A DNA stretch of 32,000 bases from Pasteurella multocida. GTDB lineage: Bacteria; Pseudomonadota; Gammaproteobacteria; Enterobacterales; Pasteurellaceae. How positions within the stretch are numbered: position 1 is the stretch's first letter; the number at the start of each line of letters is the position of its first letter. Below are positions 22,500 to 31,785 of this stretch, in pieces. The notes beneath the pieces were generated by a model, which was given only the letters and a program-made list of their open reading frames with translations, was not told the DNA's origin and did not search any database. A program made the position numbers and the translations under genes. Location of the stretch: positions 2,130,001 through 2,162,000 of the forward strand of contig NZ_LT906458.1 of NCBI RefSeq assembly GCF_900187275.1. Reading direction: 5' to 3'.

Positions 22500-23459
22500 T
22501 TATTTAACGAGTTTAGAATATTTAGCCGCTTTATCCATGGTGGAGTCAATATAGGCTTTGACTGCTGCGCCATCTTTGATATCTAAACGGATACCAATAT
22601 TTTTCGCGGTTTGTTGTAGTTTTGGATTTTCTAAGATGTTTTTAAGAGCTTGATAGTTTTTATCAATGATCGCTTGGTCTGTGCCGGCACGAATAAAGAC
22701 AGCACAAGTGTTGATCATCCAAGTATCATAGCCGTGATCGACAACACTGTCTAAGTTATACACGTCATCAACCAATTTTTTCTCATCAAAGGCCACGACC
22801 GCTTTTGCATTTCCTGCTTTGACGAATTCTTTTGCTAAAGAGGCGTGTGTTGTTGCAAAATCAACTTCCCCTGAAATGACAGCGGTTAAGGCTTCATTCG
22901 CACCGTCATAAGGAATGATTTGGTATTTTGCCCCCATTTCATTGAATAAAGCGGCAGATTGTAATGCTTCAGAGGAGTTTGTACCGTTGGTCGCAATTTT
23001 GATTTTTTTCCCTTTTGCAATGTACTCTTTTAAGCTTGGGATACTGTCTACTTTTGTTCTTGGATTGGTGACTAACACAAAAGTGGAAGAGTAAATGTTA
23101 ATGACTGGTACGAAATCTTCAAATTTGTATGCCACTTTCATTGTTAAAGGTGCAATAGCAAAGCTCCCTTCACCCCCTAAAATTAATTTGTGTGTGTTTG
23201 GTTTTTCTTTTGTATATTCTGTTAATGCGACTGCACCACCTGAGCCCAGAATATTATCTGCCAGTAATGGTTGACCATATTGCTCTTTTCCATATTCCGA
23301 CATCGCACGGTTAATTTGGTCTGCAAGTCCGCCTACCGCCCAAGGCGTAATAATTGTGACGGGGGCTGTTGGCCAATTTGTTTGCGCCATAGAATTGATT
23401 GAAACGAGACCTAATAAACCAATTAAGCTCGCTTTAATTGCGGATTTCCACGTTTTCAT
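22500..23459 (-). CDS. Tripartite tricarboxylate transporter substrate-binding protein, TctC/Bug family (ATG 23459 preferred)
   Basis: Signal peptide MKTWKSAIKASLIGLLGLVSINSMAQ, then WPTAPVTIITPWAVGGLADQINRAMSEY; Bug-family N-terminus. Confidence 0.93.
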   Translation of the reverse strand: MKTWKSAIKASLIGLLGLVSINSMAQTNWPTAPVTIITPWAVGGLADQINRAMSEYGKEQYGQPLLADNILGSGGAVALTEYTKEKPNTHKLILGGEGSFAIAPLTMKVAYKFEDFVPVINIYSSTFVLVTNPRTKVDSIPSLKEYIAKGKKIKIATNGTNSSEALQSAALFNEMGAKYQIIPYDGANEALTAVISGEVDFATTHASLAKEFVKAGNAKAVVAFDEKKLVDDVYNLDSVVDHGYDTWMINTCAVFIRAGTDQAIIDKNYQALKNILENPKLQQTAKNIGIRLDIKDGAAVKAYIDSTMDKAAKYSKLVK

Positions 23460-23588
23460 TTCACTTCTCCTTATATTATGAGCGGTTAAATAAGAGGGTA
23501 TTTTTGAAAAGTTGTAAATAGCATATAAAAGAAACACCAAAATGAGTATGATTATTGTCATATCTGTAGGGTGAACTGGATCACAAAA

Positions 23589-24680
23589 TCATAACAATCT
23601 TTGTTTTTTTGTTAAAAAAATGGCTAATTTCTTCAAGTAAGGCGACATATGGCTTAATGCACTGTAGTAAGACTCACATAAAATATTATGTGCTTCACCG
23701 AAACCTTGTACTGTGCGATGCTTAGGACAGCCTCCATGACAAGCAAAGTAGAATTGACATTGCTGACATTTATGGGACACCTTTTGTTTATCTGCGCCGA
23801 ATTTTTGTTGTTGTGCGGAATAAACAATTTGTTTGAGTGGGGTTTCAATTAAATTACCGATTTTATAGTGAGGATACACATAGTGATCGCAACTAAAAAT
23901 ATCGCCGTTTTGTTCGACGATCATTTGATCACCACAGGTTTTACGGAAAATACATAAACTCGGTTGCATGCCTAAAAACGCCATGAGCCACTGCTCAATA
24001 AACTGCACCCCAATCTTACCAATATCATGCGCATACCATTCGTCAAAAATCTCAATCATAAATTGACCGTATTCTTTCGCCCCCGCTTGCTGTTCCCATT
24101 CACCCATTAAAGGGATGAACTGCATATACGTCGAGCCAATTTGTTTTAGAAATTGGTAAACTGCTTTACCATGTAACACATTTTGTTTATGGACAACAGT
24201 GAGGGTATTGAAAGACACGTTGAAGGCAATCAGATTTTCCAGTGCATGCATGACCTGATGAAAGGTGCCTTTTTGACTTTTAGTTACGCGGTACACATCA
24301 TGCAAATGTTCGGGACCATCAATAGATAAGCCCACTAAAAACTGGTTTTGTTGCAGAAATTGACACCATTGTTTATCTAAGAGGACACCATTAGTTTGTA
24401 GGGCATTATAGATTGTTTTACCGTTAGCATATTTTTGTTGGAATTCAACGGCTTTTTGGTAAAACGCAATGCCCGCAAGTGTTGGCTCACCACCTTGCCA
24501 GAGAAAAGTGACCTCTTTTTGTGGGGCAAGTTGTAAATATTTTTTGACATACGCTTCAAGCATGTCATCACTCATCGCGCGTTGCTGTAGATGTGGTTTT
24601 TCGAGATAGAAACAATATTTACAATCTAAATTACACAATGAGCCTGTTGGCTTTGCCATTAATTGAAAAGGAGTTTGCAT
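23589..24680 (-). CDS. Anaerobic sulfatase maturase-like radical SAM/SPASM enzyme (ATG 24680 preferred)
   Basis: CNLDCKYCFYLEK (CxxxCxxC at 24612-24635), TFLWQGGEPTL, VGLSIDGPEHLHDVYR, C-terminal SPASM cysteines (CHQCQFYFACHGGCPKHR). Confidence 0.93.
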   Translation of the reverse strand: MQTPFQLMAKPTGSLCNLDCKYCFYLEKPHLQQRAMSDDMLEAYVKKYLQLAPQKEVTFLWQGGEPTLAGIAFYQKAVEFQQKYANGKTIYNALQTNGVLLDKQWCQFLQQNQFLVGLSIDGPEHLHDVYRVTKSQKGTFHQVMHALENLIAFNVSFNTLTVVHKQNVLHGKAVYQFLKQIGSTYMQFIPLMGEWEQQAGAKEYGQFMIEIFDEWYAHDIGKIGVQFIEQWLMAFLGMQPSLCIFRKTCGDQMIVEQNGDIFSCDHYVYPHYKIGNLIETPLKQIVYSAQQQKFGADKQKVSHKCQQCQFYFACHGGCPKHRTVQGFGEAHNILCESYYSALSHMSPYLKKLAIFLTKKQRLL

Positions 24681-24735
24681 TACCACCTCAATCCGAGAAA
24701 ATGAATTTATCATACAAAGAGAACGGACATTTTAA

Positions 24736-24751
24736 TATGATAGTGATCATA
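24736..24751 (-). promoter_or_regulatory. CRP/FNR-family-like palindrome upstream of the maturase gene, with putative -10 at 24709-24714
   Basis: TATGAT-N4-ATCATA (perfect 6-4-6). The minus strand has TATGAT at 24714-24709, with centre-to-TSS spacing of about 41.5. Confidence 0.45.
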
Positions 24752-24915
24752 ACAACATGAAAAAACTGTCGTACTATCAAATGACGCTGTTTATGCTTTG
24801 TAGGGATTTTTTCTTTTCAAGTGAGAAATAGTCTCAAGGGATTGATCTCAGGAAATGGGGAGGAAAGGCATTTGGTGGTGGGATTTTTCGCTAACCTACG
24901 CCTTTCGCCCTGAGT

Positions 24916-24973
24916 ACTGCAACAAAACACTTAGATCGGATAAGAATTATGATCTATTTGTTTCTGTTGCAGT
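24916..24973. repeat. Nested inverted repeat between the island and the CorC-like gene
   Basis: ACTGCAACA (24916-24924) / TGTTGCAGT (24965-24973); nested AGATC (24933-24937) / GATCT (24951-24955). Confidence 0.7.
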
Positions 24974-24987
24974 GGGAATGTGAGCAT

Positions 24988-26292
24988 TTAAGCGGTAGGG
25001 TCAATGTCCTTTCTGAGAGAAACTAACAGTTGGTCAATTTTCACATTTTCGGTATCAATAATTTCAAATTTGTATTTATCATACAATACAAAATCGGTTT
25101 TTTTCGGAATCTTACGCAGCATATACATCATAAAGCCACCGATTGTTTCGTAATTTTCTTCGCCCGGAAAATGACTTAAATTGAGGGCGCGCATGACATC
25201 TTCCAAGGGCGTTGCACCATCAATCAACCAAGAGTCTTCATCACGGCGCACGATTTGTTCTTCTTCATTCGACACTAATTCACCCATAACAATGCTCATC
25301 ACATCATTTAAAGTAATAATCCCGACCACCAGTGCGTACTCATTAACAATCACAGCAAAATCTTCCCCTGTCGATTTGAATAATTCAAGCACTTCAAATA
25401 ACGAGAGCGTATCTGGAATAAATAGGGCTTTACGTAAAAGACGACTGTCTGTTAATGAGACCCCTTTTTCAACTTGGAGATACATTGTCAGTAATGTGTG
25501 CGATTCTACATAACCGAGAATGCGATCTAAGCCGTTATCACAAATTAATAATTTAGAATGCGAATTGTGCGTGAGGGTATCTAGCACGGCTTGGCGATCA
25601 AAAGAGCGGTCTAAAAACACAATATTTTCACGCGTTGTCATCGTTGAAGTGACTGTACGTTGTTGCATCTCAAAAATATTTTCGATCAAATAATGCTCTT
25701 GAGCATTAACAACCCCAGCCTCTGCTCCTGCCCCGACAATCGCGACGATATCTTCTGGAGTCATATTTTCTTCACGTATGGTCGAAATTCTAAAGAGCTT
25801 AAAAAAGCCATTGGCAATAGAATCAAAAATCATCACCAAGGGTTTGAGTAAGAAAATACAGACAGACATAATACGTACAGTACGCAGTGCCACTTTTTCA
25901 GGATTAATCATCGCTAAACGTTTAGGCACGAGATCCGCAAGCAGCACAAATAAGGTTGTGACTAAAGCGAATGCCAACCAAGAGGCGGCGCTATCTAGCC
26001 ATTCGACACTGACGTGTTGGGTTAAGACGAGGGCTAAGTAGGGGCGAATCGCACTTTCGCCAATAATTCCACCTAAAATGGCGACCATATTTAAGCCGAT
26101 TTGGACAACGGTAATAAAGCGTCCCGGTTGGCTTTGTAGCTCAAGTACTAATTGCGCGCGAGCATCACCGTCGTTGACTAAACTTTGTAGTTTGATTTTT
26201 CGCGCACCGGCGAGTGACATTTCAGCGGCTGAAATCACCGCACTGATAATGATCAGTATGCCTAAACTTAGAATTGCTTCAAATAAACTCAT
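24988..26292 (-). CDS. CNNM/CorC (HlyC/CorC) family protein, DUF21 + CBS + transporter-associated domain (ATG 26292 preferred)
   Basis: SAAEMSLAGARKIKLQSLVNDGDARAQLVLEL, RDSWLIDGATPLEDVMRALN, LVSNEEEQIVRRDED. Confidence 0.9.
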   Translation of the reverse strand: MSLFEAILSLGILIIISAVISAAEMSLAGARKIKLQSLVNDGDARAQLVLELQSQPGRFITVVQIGLNMVAILGGIIGESAIRPYLALVLTQHVSVEWLDSAASWLAFALVTTLFVLLADLVPKRLAMINPEKVALRTVRIMSVCIFLLKPLVMIFDSIANGFFKLFRISTIREENMTPEDIVAIVGAGAEAGVVNAQEHYLIENIFEMQQRTVTSTMTTRENIVFLDRSFDRQAVLDTLTHNSHSKLLICDNGLDRILGYVESHTLLTMYLQVEKGVSLTDSRLLRKALFIPDTLSLFEVLELFKSTGEDFAVIVNEYALVVGIITLNDVMSIVMGELVSNEEEQIVRRDEDSWLIDGATPLEDVMRALNLSHFPGEENYETIGGFMMYMLRKIPKKTDFVLYDKYKFEIIDTENVKIDQLLVSLRKDIDPTA

Positions 26293-26382
26293 AAAATATC
26301 TCTGTTTTGAACGGTAAGGGAGGCTAGGAAGAAACAAAACGTGGCTTAATGTGAGATTAAACCACGTGAGAGAAAAGAGGCG

Positions 26383-26907
26383 CTAGTTTTCGCTATCAAA
26401 CCAGCCACGAATGAATTGGACTGAAAAGAAAAGCGTAATGAGTAATATAAAATACAAAATGTAGGCGAAAATTGGATGTGATGGTGAGGCATGTTCATCC
26501 ATTGCTTTAATATTGAGCGCATTACGGAATTCATCAAACATCACTAAACGCCATCCATAGTATTTAATTTGTACTTTCTGTCCTTCTTTAATTAATGCTT
26601 CTGCCTCAGCATGTAAATTGGCTGAGCCAAATTTGAAATAGAATGGGAAACCCCAACGCGTGTCCTCATTGCGGTAAACCATAATCTTGCCATCTTGGTT
26701 TTGTGTATTAATAAAATAGACGTCACGGGTTGGACCATCGGCTGGATTGGCTTTCGTGATCGGACCATCTTTATCGACCCGTTTCACCTCGACCCCCGTC
26801 ACTTTAGTCACTTCATAACTTGGTGTGACGAAATTCACGGTTGCGAATAAGACGAGGTGAAAAACAAAAATCACCGTCAGAAAAAAGTATTTAAAAAATT
26901 TTCGCAT
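26383..26907 (-). CDS. DUF1523 family protein
   Basis: 174 aa; FVTPSYEVTKVTGVEVKRVDKDGPI...RDVYFINTQNQDGKIMVYRNEDTRWGFPFYFKFGSANLHAEA. Confidence 0.8.
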   Translation of the reverse strand: MRKFFKYFFLTVIFVFHLVLFATVNFVTPSYEVTKVTGVEVKRVDKDGPITKANPADGPTRDVYFINTQNQDGKIMVYRNEDTRWGFPFYFKFGSANLHAEAEALIKEGQKVQIKYYGWRLVMFDEFRNALNIKAMDEHASPSHPIFAYILYFILLITLFFSVQFIRGWFDSEN

Positions 26908-26951
26908 CGTATTTCCCTTAATAAGTATTATCCACCCAGTATATAGTTGAT

Positions 26952-27734
26952 TTATTGTACATTAATTTTGAACAAACGTTCAAAGTTTTGTGTAGTGAGT
27001 TGGGCAAACTCTTCAAAAGACACGCCTTTTAATGTCGCCACATACTCACAGACTTCGCGTACATAAGCAGGTTGATTTTGTTTGCCACGATAAGGGACTG
27101 GCGCTAAATAAGGGGAATCTGTTTCGATTAATAAACGGTCAAGAGGTACACGGCGTGCCACATCACGAATTTCTTCTGCATTTTTAAACGTGATGATACC
27201 CGACAGCGAAATATACAGTCCTAAATCTAAGCCTTTTTTCGCCATGTCCCAATTTTCAGTAAAACAATGTAATACGCCACCGCACTTATCCGCATGGTTT
27301 TCAGCCAGCAAACGAATGGTATCTTCTCGGGCACTGCGAGTATGCACAATTACCGGTTTATTCAATTGGTTAGCAATTTGAATTTGGTTGGCAAAAATCG
27401 CCTGTTGGGTTGTTTTATTTTCTGCGCTGTAATAGTAATCTAATCCGGTTTCACCAATCGCGACAACTTTGGGATCATCAGCTAATTTCAACAGACGATC
27501 GGCATCAAATGGCTCATCATCCAGATCGAGGGGGTGTACACCACATGCTAAAGAAACATTCTTAAATTTAGCCAATGTGGCATAAATTTGCTCAAAACGA
27601 GTTAAGGTAACCCCTACAGCAAGTAAATGTTTCACTTCTCTTTCCATGGCTTTGTTAACCACGTCATCAACACTGCTGTGTAAGTTTTCATAATCCAGTG
27701 CATCAAGATGACAGTGGGAATCGACAATAAACAT
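26952..27734 (-). CDS. TatD family hydrolase (YcfH-like)
   Basis: [66 protein letters not shown]. Confidence 0.94.
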   Translation of the reverse strand: MFIVDSHCHLDALDYENLHSSVDDVVNKAMEREVKHLLAVGVTLTRFEQIYATLAKFKNVSLACGVHPLDLDDEPFDADRLLKLADDPKVVAIGETGLDYYYSAENKTTQQAIFANQIQIANQLNKPVIVHTRSAREDTIRLLAENHADKCGGVLHCFTENWDMAKKGLDLGLYISLSGIITFKNAEEIRDVARRVPLDRLLIETDSPYLAPVPYRGKQNQPAYVREVCEYVATLKGVSFEEFAQLTTQNFERLFKINVQ

Positions 27735-27737
27735 ATT

Positions 27738-28721
27738 TTATCCTTCAAATACATCGGTAATTAATTGAGTGAGACCGTCTAATAAGATGAGTTCTTGGTT
27801 GACGGCATTAATTTGCGTTAAATCGGTACGTACTTTCTGTATGATGTGTGTGGCATGAAGTAATGCCTGTGCGCTTTGTTGTTGACTTAATTGCAGTACG
27901 CCAGCAGCGAGATCCTGACATAACCAATCGCTTTTAATCTGTAATTTTGCTTTGAGAGCATCACTTAAAAAAGCGAGTAACCAGTCAAGTTGGTGGAGGA
28001 GAATGGCTTTATCAAAAAAAGGTAACAGTTCTAACGGAGAACGTTTCCGATAAAATAGCCAGAATTGACGCAAAAACTCACGACGTTTTTCCAATAAATC
28101 TTGTTGTAGTACCGTTAAGGCATGCAATGGTCGCCCATAGCTAATACGAAGTGCGGTCTGGATTGCTGCAATTTCTTGTGTCGTTTGTTGCTGTAACCAA
28201 ACGATCGCACTGGTTTCAGCTGGGAGCGCCAATTTTTGCGTTTGGCAGCGACTATAAATCGTCGGCATCACTGAGTCGGATGCTTCTGCGTATAGCAGAA
28301 AATAAGTATTTGGACGTGGTTCTTCAAGGGTTTTTAACATCGCATTGGCAGCGGCTTCGGTTAAACGCGAAACACCCAGCACATAGATGATCTTATTGCC
28401 TCCTTGTTGGGCATGTTGATTAATTTTCTCATTCACTTCACGCACTTGATCCACACCAATATCTTTATTTTCAATCGGGGTCAAGGTATAGATATCAGGA
28501 TGAGTTTGGGCTTGAAACAAATGACAATGATGACATTGTTGGCAAGGTTGTTGGTTTTGCGGTTGCTGGCAAATGAGCCAATGACCTAAGGCAAATAATA
28601 GCTGTTCAGTGCCTAAGCCTTGCTCGGCTTGAAACAAGAGCGCATGATGCCCATGTCCTTGTTGGAAGGCATCAATACGTTGTTGATAGTAAGGCAACAG
28701 CCAAGGATACAATGTCATCAT
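27738..28721 (-). CDS. holB: DNA polymerase III subunit delta'
   Basis: HHALLFQAEQGLGTEQLLFALG, zinc-binding CQQCQHCHHC-like motif, NAMLKTLEEPRPNTYFLL; followed by tmk and mltG as in gammaproteobacteria. Confidence 0.93.
   Translation of the reverse strand: MMTLYPWLLPYYQQRIDAFQQGHGHHALLFQAEQGLGTEQLLFALGHWLICQQPQNQQPCQQCHHCHLFQAQTHPDIYTLTPIENKDIGVDQVREVNEKINQHAQQGGNKIIYVLGVSRLTEAAANAMLKTLEEPRPNTYFLLYAEASDSVMPTIYSRCQTQKLALPAETSAIVWLQQQTTQEIAAIQTALRISYGRPLHALTVLQQDLLEKRREFLRQFWLFYRKRSPLELLPFFDKAILLHQLDWLLAFLSDALKAKLQIKSDWLCQDLAAGVLQLSQQQSAQALLHATHIIQKVRTDLTQINAVNQELILLDGLTQLITDVFEG
28149..28157 (+). repeat. DNA uptake signal sequence core in holB
   Basis: Exact 9-mer. Confidence 0.85.
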
Positions 28722-28725
28722 CTGT

Positions 28726-29355
28726 TTAATGTGTAGTCAACCAAGTCTCTATCGCACTTTCCACATCTTCTGCCACTTTGCTCATCGTCTGGGAGGCATC
28801 AATGGTCACGGCTTTCGGGTTATGGCGCACCAACTCTTGGTAGCGTTGGCGAGTGCGGTGGAAAAAATCCAAATTTTGTTGTTCGATACGATCTAAAGCC
28901 CCACGCCCTTTTGCGCGGCTTAAGCCGAGGACGGGATCGATATCTAAATAAAGGGTTAAGTCGGGTTCAAACTCACCTAAAATAGTTTGCTTGAGGGTAT
29001 GGAGCAAATGTTGATCGAGTTGGCGTCCTCCGCCTTGATAGGCTTGTGATGACATATCATGACGATCACCAATTACCCACTTTCCTTGTGCTAAAGCAGG
29101 TTTGATCACATTCTCGACCAATTGAATACGTGCGGCATACAACATGAGGAGCTCTGCTTTGTCGGTCACGGGTTCTTCTGTTTCATGTTTAATCAGCTGG
29201 CGTAATTTCTCTGCTAAGGGGGTTCCACCAGGTTCTCGCGTAAATACAATGTCATGGATACCATGAGCATGCAATGCACGCACTATGCTATCACGTGCCG
29301 TTGTTTTACCTGCACCCTCAATGCCTTCAAGTACAATAAATTTTCCTGTTGTCAT
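28726..29355 (-). CDS. tmk: Thymidylate kinase (ATG 29355; ORF track start is too far upstream)
   Basis: [55 protein letters not shown]. Confidence 0.95.
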   Translation of the reverse strand: MTTGKFIVLEGIEGAGKTTARDSIVRALHAHGIHDIVFTREPGGTPLAEKLRQLIKHETEEPVTDKAELLMLYAARIQLVENVIKPALAQGKWVIGDRHDMSSQAYQGGGRQLDQHLLHTLKQTILGEFEPDLTLYLDIDPVLGLSRAKGRGALDRIEQQNLDFFHRTRQRYQELVRHNPKAVTIDASQTMSKVAEDVESAIETWLTTH

Positions 29356-29356
29356 A

Positions 29357-30403
29357 TTAATTTCCATTTTTTTGACTACGATACCAGCGTAAATACTGTT
29401 GTACGGCACGATTGTGTTCAGCCAGCGTTTTGCTGAATTTATGTCCGCCAGAACCATCGGCAACAAAGTATAAATAATCAGTTTTTTCTGGTTTTGCCAC
29501 CGCGAATAAAGCACTTTCACTCGGCATCGCAATGGGGGTTGGCGGTAAGCCGCTAATGATGTAAGTATTATACGCAGTTGGGGTTTCTAAATCTTTTTTA
29601 CGGATATTGCCATCATATTTTTCGCCCATACCATAAATCACAGTGGGATCTGTTTGTAAGCGCATATTTTGTCTTAAACGATTGATAAACACGGAGGCAA
29701 CTTTCCCGCGTTCCGCTTCAATCGCAGTTTCTTTTTCCACAATAGAGGCAAGAATGAGCATCTCATAGGCATTCGCAAGGGGTAAATCAGCATCTCGTTT
29801 TTCCCATGCCTGTGCCAGAACCTTTTTCATCCGCTCTGACGCACGTTTAAGTAATGCAAGATCCGTAGAATTGGGCGTGTAGTGGTAAGTGTCTGGATAA
29901 AGCCAGCCTTCCACTTTTTTCCACTCTTGAATTTGTTTTACGTCGTGAGGTAACTCTAATAACGCAAAAATGTCGGCTTCCGTTTTGCCTTTTAAGCTTT
30001 GTACTAAGTGCGGTGCTTTTTCCAAATTTTTTCGCCAATTCGCAAAGTTATCACCTTCAATAAATTGAATGCTGAATTGGGCTTCTTTACCTTGATTGAG
30101 TACATGAATCAAATCTGCGACGGTATTGACCCCTTGCATTGAATACGTTCCCGCTTTGATTTTATTGAGTTGGGGATTTAATTTAAGCAAGTAAGGGAGC
30201 AAATTGGCGTTATCGAGGATCTTCTCTTGTTCTAAAAGCGTAGCAAGTTTATTGCCTGTGGTGCCGCGTTCGACGGTTAAAAGCTGATCCGCTTTGACGT
30301 TGACCGGCGTGTCCATAAATTGCTGAATATGTTGGTAAGCAACAAACAAAATCCCTAACCCCACGAGAATGAGCAGGAAAAACGAAGTAAGCCATTTTTT
30401 CAT
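29357..30403 (-). CDS. mltG: Endolytic murein transglycosylase MltG
   Basis: [58 protein letters not shown]. Confidence 0.95.
   Translation of the reverse strand: MKKWLTSFFLLILVGLGILFVAYQHIQQFMDTPVNVKADQLLTVERGTTGNKLATLLEQEKILDNANLLPYLLKLNPQLNKIKAGTYSMQGVNTVADLIHVLNQGKEAQFSIQFIEGDNFANWRKNLEKAPHLVQSLKGKTEADIFALLELPHDVKQIQEWKKVEGWLYPDTYHYTPNSTDLALLKRASERMKKVLAQAWEKRDADLPLANAYEMLILASIVEKETAIEAERGKVASVFINRLRQNMRLQTDPTVIYGMGEKYDGNIRKKDLETPTAYNTYIISGLPPTPIAMPSESALFAVAKPEKTDYLYFVADGSGGHKFSKTLAEHNRAVQQYLRWYRSQKNGN
30005..30013 (+). repeat. DNA uptake signal sequence core in mltG
   Basis: Exact 9-mer. Confidence 0.85.
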
Positions 30404-30480
30404 CGATACGAATTATCCGTCCACAGTAAAGTCACAGTTTGGCGATTATAGCATAAAGCTGGGCAGAAATTGATAAGCCC

Positions 30481-30510
30481 TAAAAGACAAAATGCGATCT
30501 GAATGATCGC
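30481..30510 (-). terminator. Intrinsic terminator after serA
   Basis: TGCGATC/GATCGCA stem (30492-30498 / 30504-30510) followed on the minus strand by TTTTGTCTTTT. Confidence 0.75.
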
Positions 30511-30535
30511 ACTTTGCATGAGATGAAGTCTATCA

Positions 30536-31768
30536 CTAGTACAAGACGCGTGCGCGAATCGTGCCTTCAATCTCTTTTAATTGCGTTAATAAGCTGTGTG
30601 TGTCTTCTGTCTCAACATCGATTACGACATAACCGATCGCTGGGTCTGTTTGTAAATATTGTGCGGCGATATTCACGTTAGCATCCACAAACACTTGGTT
30701 AATCTTATTGAGTACCCCTTGTTTATTGTGGTGAATATGTAATAAGCGTTTAGTACCAACATGTTCAGGGAGTGACACTTCAGGGAAGTTGACCGCAGAA
30801 AGGGTAGAACCATTATCTGAATATTTGACAAATTTACCGGATACTTCTGCACCAATGTTTTCTTGTGCTTCTGACGTGGAGCCACCGATGTGCGGCGTAA
30901 GAATCACATTATCAAAAGCACGCAACGGTGAAACAAATTCCTCTTGAATGGAGGCGGGTTCTTCTGGGAAGACATCTAAGGCTGCGCCACGGATTTTGCC
31001 AGCCTCTAAGGCTTGTGCTAAGGCATCAATATCTACTACTGTTCCTCTTGCCGCATTAATTAAGATGGCGCCTTCTTTTAATTGTGCGATGCGTTCTGCA
31101 CTGATGAGGTTTTTGGTTGAGGCATTTTCAGGCACATGTAATGACACTACATCACAGCTAGACAGAAGTTCTTCTAATGTACGTAATTGCTGCGCATTGC
31201 CTAATGGCAATTTATTCTCGATATCATAGAAGAATACGCGCATCCCGAGTGACTCCGCAATAATACTTAACTGTGAACCGATATGCCCGTAACCAATGAT
31301 ACCCAGTTTTTTACCACGTACTTCATGTGATCCATTGGCTGATTTATTCCAAATCCCACGGTGTACTTCGGCATTGGCTTGGGGAACGTTACGCATTAAC
31401 AGGAGAATTTCCCCTAACACTAACTCTGCTACAGAACGGGTATTTGAAAACGGCGCATTAAACACTGGAATACCACGTAATTTTGCTGCTTGTAAATTGA
31501 CTTGGTTAGTACCGATACAGAAACAACCAATCGCAATTAATTTTTGTGCATGGGCAAGTACTTCTTCCGTTAAGAACGTGCGTGAGCGGATACCCACAAA
31601 GTGCGCATCTTTAATGGCTTCTTTTAATTCATCATCATCTAAGGCTTTTTTATGGTATTCAATGTTGGTATAGCCAGCATTTTGTAGCACTTCCAATGCC
31701 GTTTGATGGACACCTTCTAATAAGAGAAATTTAATTTTAGATTTATCTAAAGACACTTTGGTCGTCAT
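30536..31768 (-). CDS. serA: D-3-phosphoglycerate dehydrogenase (with C-terminal ACT domain)
   Basis: KLGIIGYGHIGSQLSIIAESLGM, INAARGTVVDIDALAQAL, VILTPHIGGSTSEAQ, ACT tail. Confidence 0.96.
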   Translation of the reverse strand: MTTKVSLDKSKIKFLLLEGVHQTALEVLQNAGYTNIEYHKKALDDDELKEAIKDAHFVGIRSRTFLTEEVLAHAQKLIAIGCFCIGTNQVNLQAAKLRGIPVFNAPFSNTRSVAELVLGEILLLMRNVPQANAEVHRGIWNKSANGSHEVRGKKLGIIGYGHIGSQLSIIAESLGMRVFFYDIENKLPLGNAQQLRTLEELLSSCDVVSLHVPENASTKNLISAERIAQLKEGAILINAARGTVVDIDALAQALEAGKIRGAALDVFPEEPASIQEEFVSPLRAFDNVILTPHIGGSTSEAQENIGAEVSGKFVKYSDNGSTLSAVNFPEVSLPEHVGTKRLLHIHHNKQGVLNKINQVFVDANVNIAAQYLQTDPAIGYVVIDVETEDTHSLLTQLKEIEGTIRARVLY

Positions 31769-31785
31769 GTTTGCTTTCCTTTTTG

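Noticed and set aside
19103-24680. Considered whether the accessory locus is a defence or toxin-antitoxin system
   Set aside because: All five products match metabolic/transport families (sulfatase, TctABC, radical SAM maturase). There are no nuclease, helicase, NTPase or reverse transcriptase motifs and no repeat array.
26046-26060. Near-matches to the uptake sequence (aatcgcacttt here; also near 28751 and 30505)
   Set aside because: Each lacks the exact AAGTGCGGT/ACCGCACTT core (ATCGCACTT), so they were not counted as USS.
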